Assembly: GCF_000020025.1 (NCBI RefSeq)
Contig: NC_010628.1
Span: 2,490,001 to 2,522,000 of the forward strand
From: Nostoc punctiforme PCC 73102
GTDB lineage: Bacteria > Cyanobacteriota > Cyanobacteriia > Cyanobacteriales > Nostocaceae
DNA length: 32,000 nucleotides
Direction: 5' to 3'
This document shows, piece by piece, positions 1-8,898 of this stretch. The notes beneath the pieces are model-generated. The model was not told the DNA's origin and did not search any database. It saw only the letters and a program-made list of their open reading frames with translations. The first letter of the stretch is position 1. Each line of letters begins with the position of its first letter. A program made the translations under genes and the position numbers.

Positions 1-1452
1 AATGAACATCTTTCGTACCATTTCTTCATAAAACCGAGGTGCAAAACCTGTAGACACGTTATCAAGATAGCCACCTTCTGGAAAACGTCTGCCGTCTGGG
101 TAGAAATAATCGCCTGAGTTCCCCTCATACCAGTAATAGATATTGTGTTCGGGAAGATCCGAGTCATAAGCCCATTCCGCCCGTTCTCCATCGGGATTGA
201 AGTGGTTGTACACCACATCTAAAATCACGGCAATTCCATAACAATGGCACTCTCTAATAAAATGCTTCAGTTGGTCTCTGCCGCCAGCACTGTATTCGAG
301 AGCGAAGTAGTGAGATGTTTCATAGCCCCAATTTACTTCGTCTCTAAATTCTGACATCGGTAAGAGTTCAACCGCGTTAACCCCCAATTGTACTAAGTAG
401 GGGAGTAAAGCGATCGCATCCTCAAAGTTTCCTGGTCTATTTTGACCATATCCTAAAGCCCCTACGTGGAGTTCATAAATTACTAGATCCTCGACACGCT
501 GAGGAACAGGACGTTCTAGTGAAAATTCATTACTCCAGAACTCCTCCTCTGGAATAAATTCTAGTTCTGGCCAGACTGGTTCTTGAAAATGTCTAGTTAC
601 TGTATCCGGATTTATGACTACAGAACAGCTTTTAGTCCCATCCAAATCTTGATAATTTCCTGAAAAAGGTCTGTCCTGTGTATCGCTATATCTATTAGAA
701 AAAGGTTTACCGTCAGGATTGATGTTACCTTTACCAATTTGACAGCGAGAATATAAATCAGTGCGATAAACTACCCTTCCCCCTTCATTGACAATTCTAA
801 ACATATAAGGAATATGGTCAAAGCGGGAGAAATCAGCAAGTTCTGATGATACTGTGACATCTGTTTGCCAAATACCCTCCTCTGTCCTGGACATGGGAAA
901 CGGCCCAAGGTTGGGATCCATACCAAAATCAGGATCTTCTCGAAAAACATCGTCGGCAATATAGCCACTGCTGCGGTTGCCAAACACAACTTCTACATTC
1001 CGAGCATTTGGTGCCCAGACAGCAAACCGTAACCCAGGCTGAGATTGACCAGGAAAATGATATAGTTGCGCGCCTAGTCTACGACTATAAACTAGATAAT
1101 ATCTTTCTTGCTGAGGCTGATTGTTGTTAGGCGATTGTAACGTAAAACTACGATAGCGATCGCTAGAATTGCGATCGTTAATCTCAGTCGGAATTCCCCA
1201 CAAATTATTTCCGGCTGGACTATCTAGCATCACACCCCAGCGGAATAACCAACCAATTTGGGAATCATCCAGTTCAACCGTAGTTTGAAAGCCAGGACAG
1301 CCATCTTCAGCAATGATTGGCTGCATTTGCTGCGATCGCCATTGTTGAGAATAGCGACCGTTTTCATCCCAACTGCCAATTAAGCGGGGGTTGTTAAAAA
1401 TTGCTCTTCTAAAACCTGTGAAATAGGTAAACTGAACAGTAACTGTAGCCAT
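1..1452 (-). CDS. Alpha-amylase family (GH13) glycoside hydrolase, branching-enzyme/TreZ-like; N-terminal 484 codons, 3' end lies beyond window start
   Basis: Not in the ORF track because no stop falls in the window. My hand translation from the ATG at 1450-1452 stays open to position 1. It reads MATVTVQFTYFTGF...RFAVWAPNARNVEVVFG (E-set/CBM48-like)...GVNAVELLPMSEF...VILDVVYNHF (GH13 conserved region I). Confidence 0.8.
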   Translation of the reverse strand, partial: MATVTVQFTYFTGFRRAIFNNPRLIGSWDENGRYSQQWRSQQMQPIIAEDGCPGFQTTVELDDSQIGWLFRWGVMLDSPAGNNLWGIPTEINDRNSSDRYRSFTLQSPNNNQPQQERYYLVYSRRLGAQLYHFPGQSQPGLRFAVWAPNARNVEVVFGNRSSGYIADDVFREDPDFGMDPNLGPFPMSRTEEGIWQTDVTVSSELADFSRFDHIPYMFRIVNEGGRVVYRTDLYSRCQIGKGNINPDGKPFSNRYSDTQDRPFSGNYQDLDGTKSCSVVINPDTVTRHFQEPVWPELEFIPEEEFWSNEFSLERPVPQRVEDLVIYELHVGALGYGQNRPGNFEDAIALLPYLVQLGVNAVELLPMSEFRDEVNWGYETSHYFALEYSAGGRDQLKHFIRECHCYGIAVILDVVYNHFNPDGERAEWAYDSDLPEHNIYYWYEGNSGDYFYPDGRRFPEGGYLDNVSTGFAPRFYEEMVRKMFI

Positions 1453-1514
1453 AATGGCATCCTTGAGGTAATTAGGTTATAGTTTTCAGATTTGTCACCA
1501 TCACTTTTTGCAAG

Positions 1515-2015
1515 TTACGCAACATGTATAGGCTGAGTTTTCTGACCTGTTAAATCTGTCTCTAAGGGCGGTGGATTATCTTGATCAACAAAGCCTTGGC
1601 TAATTTCCACAATTCTGTCGTCTGGGTCAGCAATCCAAACCGAACGCCATCCAGGGATATAGTCATCAAAATTAAGGGGTCCCAAGGTGATTTTTGCATC
1701 ATTGCCCATCTCTGCCAGCTTAGTTGCAATATCATCGACTTGAAAAGCAAAATGACGCCATGTAGGGTATTGTGGACCATCCCTATCAGATGGTGAAACA
1801 GGAGATTCTCCTTGTGCCTGAAAAATCTCAAGATACATTTCACCCAATTTAATAAAAATTATTTGCTGGTCGCCAACTGGTACGACACGCGATCGCACAA
1901 AGCCGAAATATTTAGCATAAAACTTTTCTGTGGCGATCGGGTCTTTACAGTTGATTGCCATGTGAGAAAATCTGAGCAAACCCATTATTGCTTCCCCCAT
2001 AGAATTTAGACTCAT
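1515..2015 (-). CDS. VOC (glyoxalase/bleomycin-resistance/extradiol dioxygenase) family protein
   Basis: The 166-aa ORF has the motif RFSHMAINCKDPIATEKFYAKYFGF...HFAFQVDD typical of the VOC fold. The start is uncertain: an internal ATG near 1985 has a better GGGGAAG Shine-Dalgarno-like (SD-like) sequence. Confidence 0.75.
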   Translation of the reverse strand: MSLNSMGEAIMGLLRFSHMAINCKDPIATEKFYAKYFGFVRSRVVPVGDQQIIFIKLGEMYLEIFQAQGESPVSPSDRDGPQYPTWRHFAFQVDDIATKLAEMGNDAKITLGPLNFDDYIPGWRSVWIADPDDRIVEISQGFVDQDNPPPLETDLTGQKTQPIHVA

Positions 2016-2036
2016 ATATCAAAGACTTAACCAATA

Positions 2037-3569
2037 TCAAACATGTAGACGATGCTCATCCTTGATCAGATCAGAAACTCTCTCCGCAATCATTACAATA
2101 CCTGTATGACAGTTTCCTGATGGTACTACAGGCATCACACTGGCATCAGCTACCCTAAGTCCCTGCACACCATAAACGTGCAACTGAGGATCTACGACTG
2201 CCATATTATCTAGTCCCATTTTGCAAGAACCAGCTTGATGATGATAAGAATCAGCCCTGTGCTTGACAAATGCTCGTAGCTGCTCATAAGTTTGCACATC
2301 CGATCCTGGCATCAGTTCTTGTTTGACCCAGCTAGAGAAAGCCTTTGTAGCAAATATGTTACGAGCTATTTCCACACTTTGAATTAACCGCTCAAGGTCA
2401 GCTTGAGTACTGAGATAATTGGGGTTAACAAGCGGTTTATCTAATGGGTTACTGCTTGCCAACCTAATCCAGCCGCGCGATGTGGGGCGGACAACACCAG
2501 GCAAGATACTAATAGCATTGGGATAGTTTTGACCAATAATGATGTCAAAAGGGACGTGAACAAAACCAAGTTGCAAATCTGGGCCAATCCAACCTGGTTC
2601 TGACTGACAAAATAACGCACTTTCTGACAAATTCAAGTTAGGTGGTGGTACTAGCTGCGTTGTTTCATAAATTACCCCAGTCAGGACATGATTGTGAAAG
2701 TTTTCGCCTACACCTGGCACATCCGCTACTACAGGAATGCCAAACTCTTGCAAGTGACTAGAACTGCCGATACCAGAGAGTAACAACAGCTTAGGAGACT
2801 CCAGCGCACCAGCACAGACAATTACCTCGTAATTAGCATAGGCAGTTTTAATTTCACCATTCTGTGCGTACTCCAAACCGTTACATCGCTTACCGGAGAA
2901 CAGCAACCTCGTAGCTTGCGAGTCCGTACTGAGAGTAAGATTAGGTCGCTTCAAAACCGGGTTTAGATAAGCATCTGCCATACTATGACGCTTACCGTTC
3001 TTGATGTTTATATGATGCCAACCAACCCCTTCCATTTTTGGGCCATTAAAATCTGGTGTGTAGGGGTAGCCTAACTCTAAACAAGCATTAATAAATACTT
3101 CAGATGTAGGATTCGGATTATGCAGTTTGGCATTGATGACATTAAGTGGCCCACCTTTACCAGCCCACGGACTAGAGTCATCTTCTTGGTTTTCCAACTT
3201 CTGGAAGTAGGGCAAAACATCTTGATAAGCCCAACCGGGACAGCCATTGTAAGCCCAATTATCGTAATCGGATGTATGCCCCCGGATATGCATCATAATA
3301 TATAAATTACTGCTGCCGCCTGGTATCTTACCCCGTGGTTCATGGGTGATACGCCCCTCCAAACTTGGTTGTGGAACACTGGTATAGTCCCAGTCTATTT
3401 CTGAGCCAAGCAACGTAGGCCATATTGAGGGGTTATCGACAGTTGGGGGAATATTAGCCCCGCCAGCTTCTAAAACTAGCACCTTAACTGCTGGATTTTC
3501 GCTGAGGCGATTGGCAAGAACCGATCCCGCTGAACCAGCCCCGACAACAATGAAATCAAATTCACTCAT
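2037..3569 (-). CDS. GMC family FAD-dependent oxidoreductase (choline-dehydrogenase-like)
   Basis: [21 protein letters not shown] is a Rossmann FAD motif, and the C-terminal part (HQAGSCKMG...VVD..L.V.G...LRV.DAS.MP) is GMC-typical. I set the start to the ATG at 3567-3569 (MSEFDF), which is preceded by GAGAAGGGG. The track start at 3584 is a non-ATG codon. Confidence 0.9.
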   Translation of the reverse strand: MSEFDFIVVGAGSAGSVLANRLSENPAVKVLVLEAGGANIPPTVDNPSIWPTLLGSEIDWDYTSVPQPSLEGRITHEPRGKIPGGSSNLYIMMHIRGHTSDYDNWAYNGCPGWAYQDVLPYFQKLENQEDDSSPWAGKGGPLNVINAKLHNPNPTSEVFINACLELGYPYTPDFNGPKMEGVGWHHINIKNGKRHSMADAYLNPVLKRPNLTLSTDSQATRLLFSGKRCNGLEYAQNGEIKTAYANYEVIVCAGALESPKLLLLSGIGSSSHLQEFGIPVVADVPGVGENFHNHVLTGVIYETTQLVPPPNLNLSESALFCQSEPGWIGPDLQLGFVHVPFDIIIGQNYPNAISILPGVVRPTSRGWIRLASSNPLDKPLVNPNYLSTQADLERLIQSVEIARNIFATKAFSSWVKQELMPGSDVQTYEQLRAFVKHRADSYHHQAGSCKMGLDNMAVVDPQLHVYGVQGLRVADASVMPVVPSGNCHTGIVMIAERVSDLIKDEHRLHV

Positions 3570-3596
3570 ATAGCCCCTTCTCAAATTGATAGGGTT

Positions 3597-3977
3597 TTAG
3601 TCCAACCTTTGATTAACAAAAGGGTCAAACGGTCGAGTATCATGGAAGTTAGCCATGTAGACAATTTTGCTGTTCTCCAAGCGGAAATAATTGGCGGTGT
3701 TTGCCTCGATTGGCACACCACTGGCATTAGCGGCTGAGATGTGAGAGACGACGCAAGCCTCGTGGCCATTAATGACTATTTGTTTTGGCAGGTTTTGGAA
3801 TTTGGAATAACCCTTCTTTATACCGCCAACAGCACCCTGTAAAACACCGACCCCCTCAATATGACCTGCTAGCTGTTCATCTACAACCACATTGTCATCA
3901 AACAGCGTTAGCCAAGTATCCCAATCGCCAGCATTGACAACTTCGTAGTATTTGTTAATGATGTCTCTAGTGTTCAT
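3597..3977 (-). CDS. SnoaL-like / NTF2-fold protein
   Basis: The 126-aa ORF begins INKYYEVVNAGDWDTWLTLFDDNVVV, the characteristic N-terminal pattern of SnoaL-like/ketosteroid-isomerase-like proteins. Confidence 0.7.
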   Translation of the reverse strand: MNTRDIINKYYEVVNAGDWDTWLTLFDDNVVVDEQLAGHIEGVGVLQGAVGGIKKGYSKFQNLPKQIVINGHEACVVSHISAANASGVPIEANTANYFRLENSKIVYMANFHDTRPFDPFVNQRLD

Positions 3978-4145
3978 TTATTTTCTTCTTAAGCTTCCTT
4001 CGTGTTTTAGTTCATTAAATTAGGTATTATTTAGCCTGAAGTTTATCTAGATAAAAAGCGTTCATGCTTACCTAAAACACCGATTCACTAATACTAAAAA
4101 CTAGGTTTATTCAAGTTAAGCCAAGGAAATTTAGGTCTTTCCAGA

Positions 4146-4170
4146 AATAAAAACTGGGGGTTTTCCCCAC
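4146..4170 (-). terminator. Weak candidate intrinsic terminator downstream of the cupin gene
   Basis: The minus strand reads TGGGGAAAACCCCCAGTTTTTATTT. This is a 4-5 bp G/C stem followed by a T-rich run, about 120 nt after the stop at 4287. The stem is short. Confidence 0.3.
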
Positions 4171-4286
4171 AATTAAAATTACTGAATTGGTGTTATGTAA
4201 AGGATTTCAAAGATTTTTTGAATGCTCTAAGTACACTTAATCTAGGGAAACTTGAGTTTAGGCTAGAAAACAGCTAAACATTTACT

Positions 4287-4793
4287 CTAATCAGAAGCTT
4301 GCGAAGATGGAGGAATGATTTCTACTCCGTACTTTGGAGAGACCGCTAAAATTTGTTCCAGCTCGTCGGGTCTGACAGGAGGAGAGAGAGTAAACTCACC
4401 TTCTGCTGGGACACCCGCTTCTGCAAAAAATTTTTCTAACCCTGCTGGTGTCACCCAAACAAGCATTTTTGCTGGCGTAGAGCCTCGGTTGATAAAACTG
4501 TGACGCTGACCTTTGGGAGAGTGAATGAATGTTCCAGCAGTGGCAACAATGGTCTCGTCGTCAAGATGGAACTCAACTTCTCCATCTCTAACAAAAAATG
4601 ATTCGTTTTCGTGAGTATGTCTGTGGGGAGGCGGTCCGTTTTGTGGTCTAACCACGAACTCTACGAGCGCATAGGTTTCCCCAGTATCTTTACCTACTGC
4701 CTTTATGGTACACAAATCACCAAAAAACACCCAGTACTTTGGATCTTGACCTTGACCATCTTGCAACCATAAAGTGGCTTGATTAAGCGTCAT
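4287..4793 (-). CDS. Cupin domain protein
   Basis: The 168-aa ORF has two cupin motifs: PPHRHTHENESFFVRDGEVEF and GTFIHSPKGQRHSFIN. AAGAGGAAA lies upstream of the ATG. Confidence 0.8.
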   Translation of the reverse strand: MTLNQATLWLQDGQGQDPKYWVFFGDLCTIKAVGKDTGETYALVEFVVRPQNGPPPHRHTHENESFFVRDGEVEFHLDDETIVATAGTFIHSPKGQRHSFINRGSTPAKMLVWVTPAGLEKFFAEAGVPAEGEFTLSPPVRPDELEQILAVSPKYGVEIIPPSSQASD

Positions 4794-4863
4794 TGTGATT
4801 TTCCTCTTAAGGCATTACTAAACTTTTTCTAAATACCCAAATCCTTAAATTCCTCTTCCTGAC

Positions 4864-6147
4864 TTACGGAATATCAGGAAGTCCATAATCATAAAATCGG
4901 TGTTCGCCCCAGGTTTCACGATGAATGAGACCTTGCGAATCGACTACTGAGAACGTTGACTCGATGGGCTTGCCTTGGAAACGATCAGCAATCCAATCTG
5001 CAATATAAGCCCATTCGCTTGGGCCTAGGGCGCTTGAAGGTCTACTGTGAAGCGTATGTCCCTCACCTTTGTAGAGCAGCAACTCCTTCGGTGTGGTAAT
5101 TTCGTTTAAGACATCAAAAACAGATTCGATCGCGGCAAAATCATCATCCTCCCCTGCGACAACGAGATAGGGGCACTTCAATTTTGCTCCCAGCCCTTCG
5201 GCATTGATATGCTGAATAAATTTGTCAAACTTTTCTTCATCCGTATAACCTGACATATACATAAAACGAAGCTTGAATGAGGGTGAATACATATTGAAGG
5301 CTGTTTTTTCGCCCCTTTCGTAGCTGGGGTAAGCAACAGCACAAGCTTTAATGGCGGGGTCACTCACGGCAATTTGCGTTCCCCAAATCGAGCCCATACT
5401 TACGCCGCGCACTGCAATCCGGTCGTGGTCTAGCTCATTTTGCTGACGCAACCAAACCAGCACTGCTTTCCCTGCCTCGTAGAATCCTGTTTCTGTGACA
5501 AAAATTTCGCGGAGGGCACTGCTAAATTGCCCTGGTCCATCAAACATGAAGACTGCGATGCCGCGACTGAGAAATTGATCGCCATAGAGTGCAACGGAAA
5601 TTTCTTTTGTGCTGTCCATTCCACCAACTGTAATCACATATGGCACGCGGTCACCCAGTTGATAGTTGGTTGGTAAGTGTAGCCAGCCTGGTATCGACTT
5701 GCCTTCGTAGGGAATTTCCGCCTTACGCACTACATGATCAGCATACTCAGCATATTTGGTATAGCAGTAGTTTTTACGCTTCTCGTACTCAAGATTTTGT
5801 TTTGTTGGTTCAAAAATCGGCCACTGGGCCTGTCCATACAAAATCGCGGCAATAAAGTAATTTTCCCGCGCTGCAACTGTATGTTCTAGCTTCTCTAGTT
5901 TCTCGGCCTGTGTTTGCCGATGAACAGCAGCAGCACCGTACTCACGGGCGATGTCGTTGTACTTTTTGACATTCTGTTCAACCCGGATAAAATCGCCAAG
6001 TGCTCCGATGCCACATGGAAATAGGGCAAAATCAATATCCCCCTGATCCCAAGTCACGCCTACAGTTCTGATGATATTATCTAGAATCCAGCGTTGTTCT
6101 TGGAAACGCTTTATCCGGTTTTCCACTTTATTTGACATTACTGGCAT
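4864..6147 (-). CDS. Alpha/beta hydrolase (FrsA/DUF1100-like or C-C hydrolase-like)
   Basis: GVSMGS is a nucleophile elbow (GxSxG), with DD and H near the C-terminus (GEDDDF...GEGHT). I set the start to the ATG at 6145-6147 (MPVMSNK), preceded by AGGAG. The track start at 6189 is TTG. Confidence 0.7.
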   Translation of the reverse strand: MPVMSNKVENRIKRFQEQRWILDNIIRTVGVTWDQGDIDFALFPCGIGALGDFIRVEQNVKKYNDIAREYGAAAVHRQTQAEKLEKLEHTVAARENYFIAAILYGQAQWPIFEPTKQNLEYEKRKNYCYTKYAEYADHVVRKAEIPYEGKSIPGWLHLPTNYQLGDRVPYVITVGGMDSTKEISVALYGDQFLSRGIAVFMFDGPGQFSSALREIFVTETGFYEAGKAVLVWLRQQNELDHDRIAVRGVSMGSIWGTQIAVSDPAIKACAVAYPSYERGEKTAFNMYSPSFKLRFMYMSGYTDEEKFDKFIQHINAEGLGAKLKCPYLVVAGEDDDFAAIESVFDVLNEITTPKELLLYKGEGHTLHSRPSSALGPSEWAYIADWIADRFQGKPIESTFSVVDSQGLIHRETWGEHRFYDYGLPDIP

Positions 6148-6195
6148 GATGATCTCCTGTGCATTAAATGTGGACGTTTTTGCGTCCAACCCATC

Positions 6196-7092
6196 TTAAG
6201 CAGTAGCTAAAGCAGCGATTGCACCAAGATGTTGTATCAAACCTAAGGCATCCTCGCTGACCCATATTTCTTCAATCTGGCCACCAGTAAGATGGAAAAG
6301 GTCATTCCCTACATCTTTCACCGATTTGCCAGTCGGGGCAATACCGAGAAACTCCCCTTTATGGGTGCCGGTCAGCCAGTAACGACATCCTATCTTTTGT
6401 CCCTCAACAATCTGACGCTCAACTGTGAATTGGACATCAGGGAAAGCGTTACGCAGCCCAGCGACAAATTGCTTCATCCCGTTACGTCCACGAACTGGGT
6501 CTGGTAAGGTAGGAATTCTAAAAGCGAAGTTGGCAGCCATAATTTCATCTATGGCCTCCAGTTTTCCTTGATTCATTACCTCATCAAAGTAACGACTAAC
6601 AGTTTCTTTGTTGACTTCTGGTGAGGTTTGTTCCGGTGGTGTTGGGGCTGTTTGTCTTGGGAAAATACCTTGACTGATCTGTTGAATCAGCCCCAAAGAG
6701 TCCTCATTAGCTATGACTTCGGCAATTTTGCCATTAACGATGCGATGCCAACTCATGCCCTCGAGTAGGAATGATTTGCCCTGGGCAGGAATGTCCCCTA
6801 TGACTGTAGGAAATGGCTTACCAGTATGATTCCCCCTTGCTGTCCAACGAGTCAAGACCATATCTCCCTCAGCCAACACATCTTCCATAGCAAAATGAAT
6901 ACCAGGGAAAGAGTCAATGAGCATATTAACCAGACCCTTGTATCCTTCAACACCACGAAATGGTTCGGCGTGAGTGGGAAGTGTAAAAATAAAATCAGGG
7001 CCACAAATCTCCTCTAGGGTGGTTATGTTCCCTTCATTGAAGACTTCATAGAAATAACGGCGGACAATCGCTTTATTTGCATCTGTAGACAT
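6196..7092 (-). CDS. Fused tandem ester cyclase (two SnoaL-like polyketide-cyclase domains)
   Basis: There are two homologous halves. The first is NKAIVRRYFYEVFNEGNITTLEEICGPDF...GMSWHRIVNGKIAE. The second is NKETVSRYFDEVMNQGKLEAIDEIMAANF...LFHLTGGQIEE. I set the start to the ATG at 7090-7092 (MSTDANK). The track's longer ORF runs into the IS630 inverted repeat. Confidence 0.75.
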   Translation of the reverse strand: MSTDANKAIVRRYFYEVFNEGNITTLEEICGPDFIFTLPTHAEPFRGVEGYKGLVNMLIDSFPGIHFAMEDVLAEGDMVLTRWTARGNHTGKPFPTVIGDIPAQGKSFLLEGMSWHRIVNGKIAEVIANEDSLGLIQQISQGIFPRQTAPTPPEQTSPEVNKETVSRYFDEVMNQGKLEAIDEIMAANFAFRIPTLPDPVRGRNGMKQFVAGLRNAFPDVQFTVERQIVEGQKIGCRYWLTGTHKGEFLGIAPTGKSVKDVGNDLFHLTGGQIEEIWVSEDALGLIQHLGAIAALATA

Positions 7093-7190
7093 AGGTGATA
7101 CTCCGTTGATTAAAGTTGATTCAATTCTGGGAAATTTCAAAATCTGGCAGAGCCTTCGGCATATTCTAGTAGTCTGCCAAGCTAACTTTG

Positions 7191-8357
7191 CTATGTTAAA
7201 TTTGGATATAAACGCTCCATTTTTCGGCGAGCATCTTTGGTTTGAAAACCCCAATAAACACTAGCTTTTTGCTGATTACGTTTTTTCTCCCAAGCGGCAA
7301 TCTCAGAAGTTAATGTTTCTGCATTAGGAATACGCCGTTCTAAACATTGGCGAGATAAAACAGATAATTCGATTTCTACCTGATTCAGCCCTTCGGGTTC
7401 GCCAGTTGCTTCAAGTCGGGGAACCCGCCCAACGCACTGGCTCACCAAGAAGCGTGTTTAGGAGTATAGTGAAACTCTAACTTTTGAATAATTCGACGTG
7501 CTTCTTCTGGTGGAAAAACTTCATATAATGCATTGGGTGTATGAATATTCAAGTTATCAACTACTAAACGAATAACATCGGCATCTCGGTAGGAAACATC
7601 TACTAAATTTTTCATTTGTTTAGCAAAATCGGCTTTAGTTCGACGTTCTGTAACTTCGATATGCCGCCATCCAGCCAAGGGTTGAAAACATGCGAATAAA
7701 TTTACTGTCCCGTTACGTTTATACTCAAAATCATAACGTTCAGGTTGCTCTGGCTGTGGTGGCAAAGGAAGTCTTACTTCTTCTACTAATTGGTATGGAC
7801 GTTCATCAAAGCAGACTACAGGGCGTTTAGGATCATAAGGCTCATTGTATAATCCAGCACATCTTCCATTCGGAAAACATATTCTGCGTTAACTTCAGGA
7901 ATACACCATTGTTCTTTCAACCAAGGCTTAATTTCATTTTTTTTAAAGTTTGACGTACTGTTTCATCTGAGATTGAATCTATGATACCAACGTTCACTAA
8001 ATGATCTGCTAATAATTGCATTGTCCAACGCACTCTTCCTTCTGGCGGATTAGAACAAGCTGTTGCAATCAAAAATGCTTCTTGCTTTTCATCTAATTTT
8101 TTATGTTTTGGTGGATGAACTTCATCCTTTAAAGCAAAATCTAACCCTCCAATGACAAATTTTTCTCGTATTCGTTGCACTGTTGCAACATGCGCTCTAA
8201 CTATGCTAGCGATCGCTTGATCCGTTTCTCCTTCGGAAGCCATCAAAAGAATGTTTGCACGGCTTATGGTTCTTGCCTTATGCTTACCTTTCTTAATTAT
8301 CGATTGCAGTTGGGAAACTTCATCTTCATTCAAGTCAACAATGTACTTTTTTGCCAT
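7191..8357 (-). pseudogene. IS630-family transposase, disrupted
   Basis: The HTH part (7917-8357) ends at an A8 run (7937-7944, heptamer A AAA AAA). The -1 frame continues [32 protein letters not shown] further 1-nt shift near 7850 is needed to read [17 protein letters not shown]...HYTPKHASW. The expected continuation LNQVEIELS follows only after a 56-nt insertion. Confidence 0.8.
7389..7444 (-). repeat. 56-nt hairpin-capable insertion inside the transposase (small dispersed repeat-like)
   Basis: On the minus strand TGAGCCAGTGCGTTGGGCGGGTTCCCCGACTTGAAGCAACTGGCGAACCCGAAGGG sits exactly between HASW and LNQVEIE. It contains the inverted pairs GCCAGT/ACTGGC and CGGGTTC/GAACCCG. Its length is not a multiple of 3. 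Boundaries are accurate to about 2 nt. Confidence 0.5.
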
Positions 8358-8396
8358 GTTACACCCCGTTTTTGGCTATTTTACCAATTAGAGGTT

Positions 8397-8849
8397 TTAC
8401 TTAGCAAAGTTACCTTGGTAGACTACTAGTGAGTCCACAATGTAAAGTGAAATCACTGGCTTCTGGGTTTTTGGCGATCGCTTCACCACCCAGGTTTGAT
8501 TCGCATCGGCAACAATTCGTTGACTTTTAGCTGTTGGTGGCTCCCAAGTGCTGGCTTGCCAGTTGACAATAACTTTAACTTCTGTATGGTCATTGCCAGT
8601 CGATGTAGACGCCACTTTTTTGAGAGTGTGTACTTCATCAAAGAAAATACCAGTTACACGCTCATACCAACCCTTAAAGCCATCAAAGCCATAGACTGTG
8701 CCCTCAGGAAAGCGCATTTCTAAATCTTCTTCAACTAGCAAGGGAACATATTCCTCAACTGGAACGTGAGCGTCGAGTTTCATATACCAATCTGTTGCCA
8801 GTTGCTGAATTTCCAAATCAGTTAGGGGTGCTAGATTACTTACTACCAT
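8397..8849 (-). CDS. NTF2-like/SnoaL-like small protein, native 3' end replaced by IS630 sequence
   Basis: The 150-aa ORF has a short alpha+beta-type composition. The fold assignment is weak. The last 9 codons and the stop (VVYQGNFAK*) are encoded by the IS630 right inverted repeat. Confidence 0.55.
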   Translation of the reverse strand: MVVSNLAPLTDLEIQQLATDWYMKLDAHVPVEEYVPLLVEEDLEMRFPEGTVYGFDGFKGWYERVTGIFFDEVHTLKKVASTSTGNDHTEVKVIVNWQASTWEPPTAKSQRIVADANQTWVVKRSPKTQKPVISLYIVDSLVVYQGNFAK

Positions 8850-8898
8850 TATTTTTCGACCAGGGAATCAGTGAACACGTTACTGAAATTTGCTTAAA

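Larger units (their letters stand above)
7167..8428 (-). mobile_element. IS630-family insertion sequence, complete ends, decayed transposase
   Basis: Terminal inverted repeats at 7167-7193 (tagtagtctgccaagctaactttgcta) and 8402-8428 (reverse complement tagtagtctaccaaggtaactttgcta) match at 25 of 27 positions. Both begin with TA, the usual IS630 target. The transposase reading frames lie between them. Confidence 0.8.

Noticed and set aside
771-989. 72-aa minus-strand ORF, and other short same-strand ORFs nested in longer genes (1562-1843, 3581-3769, 5178-5363, 5430-5627, 18714-18917, 20261-20443 and 29790-30002).
   Set aside because: They are out of frame within genes that have strong family motifs. 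The first lies inside the GH13 reading frame, which the track omitted because no stop falls in the window.
3978-4286. Possible riboswitch or sRNA in the 309-nt gap between the cupin and SnoaL-like genes.
   Set aside because: I see only a short GGGG/CCCC hairpin with a T-run, reported as a weak terminator. I could not recognise any conserved riboswitch core sequence.
7093-7254. 54-codon N-terminal extension of the ester-cyclase ORF (track ORF 6196-7254).
   Set aside because: The extension runs through the intergenic region into the IS630 left inverted repeat. The family signature starts right after the internal ATG at 7092.
7937-7944. The A8 slippery site as evidence that the IS630 copy is an active element using programmed frameshifting.
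   Set aside because: The motif is genuine and may be native. The copy also needs a second 1-nt correction and carries a 56-nt insertion, so this copy cannot make an intact transposase.
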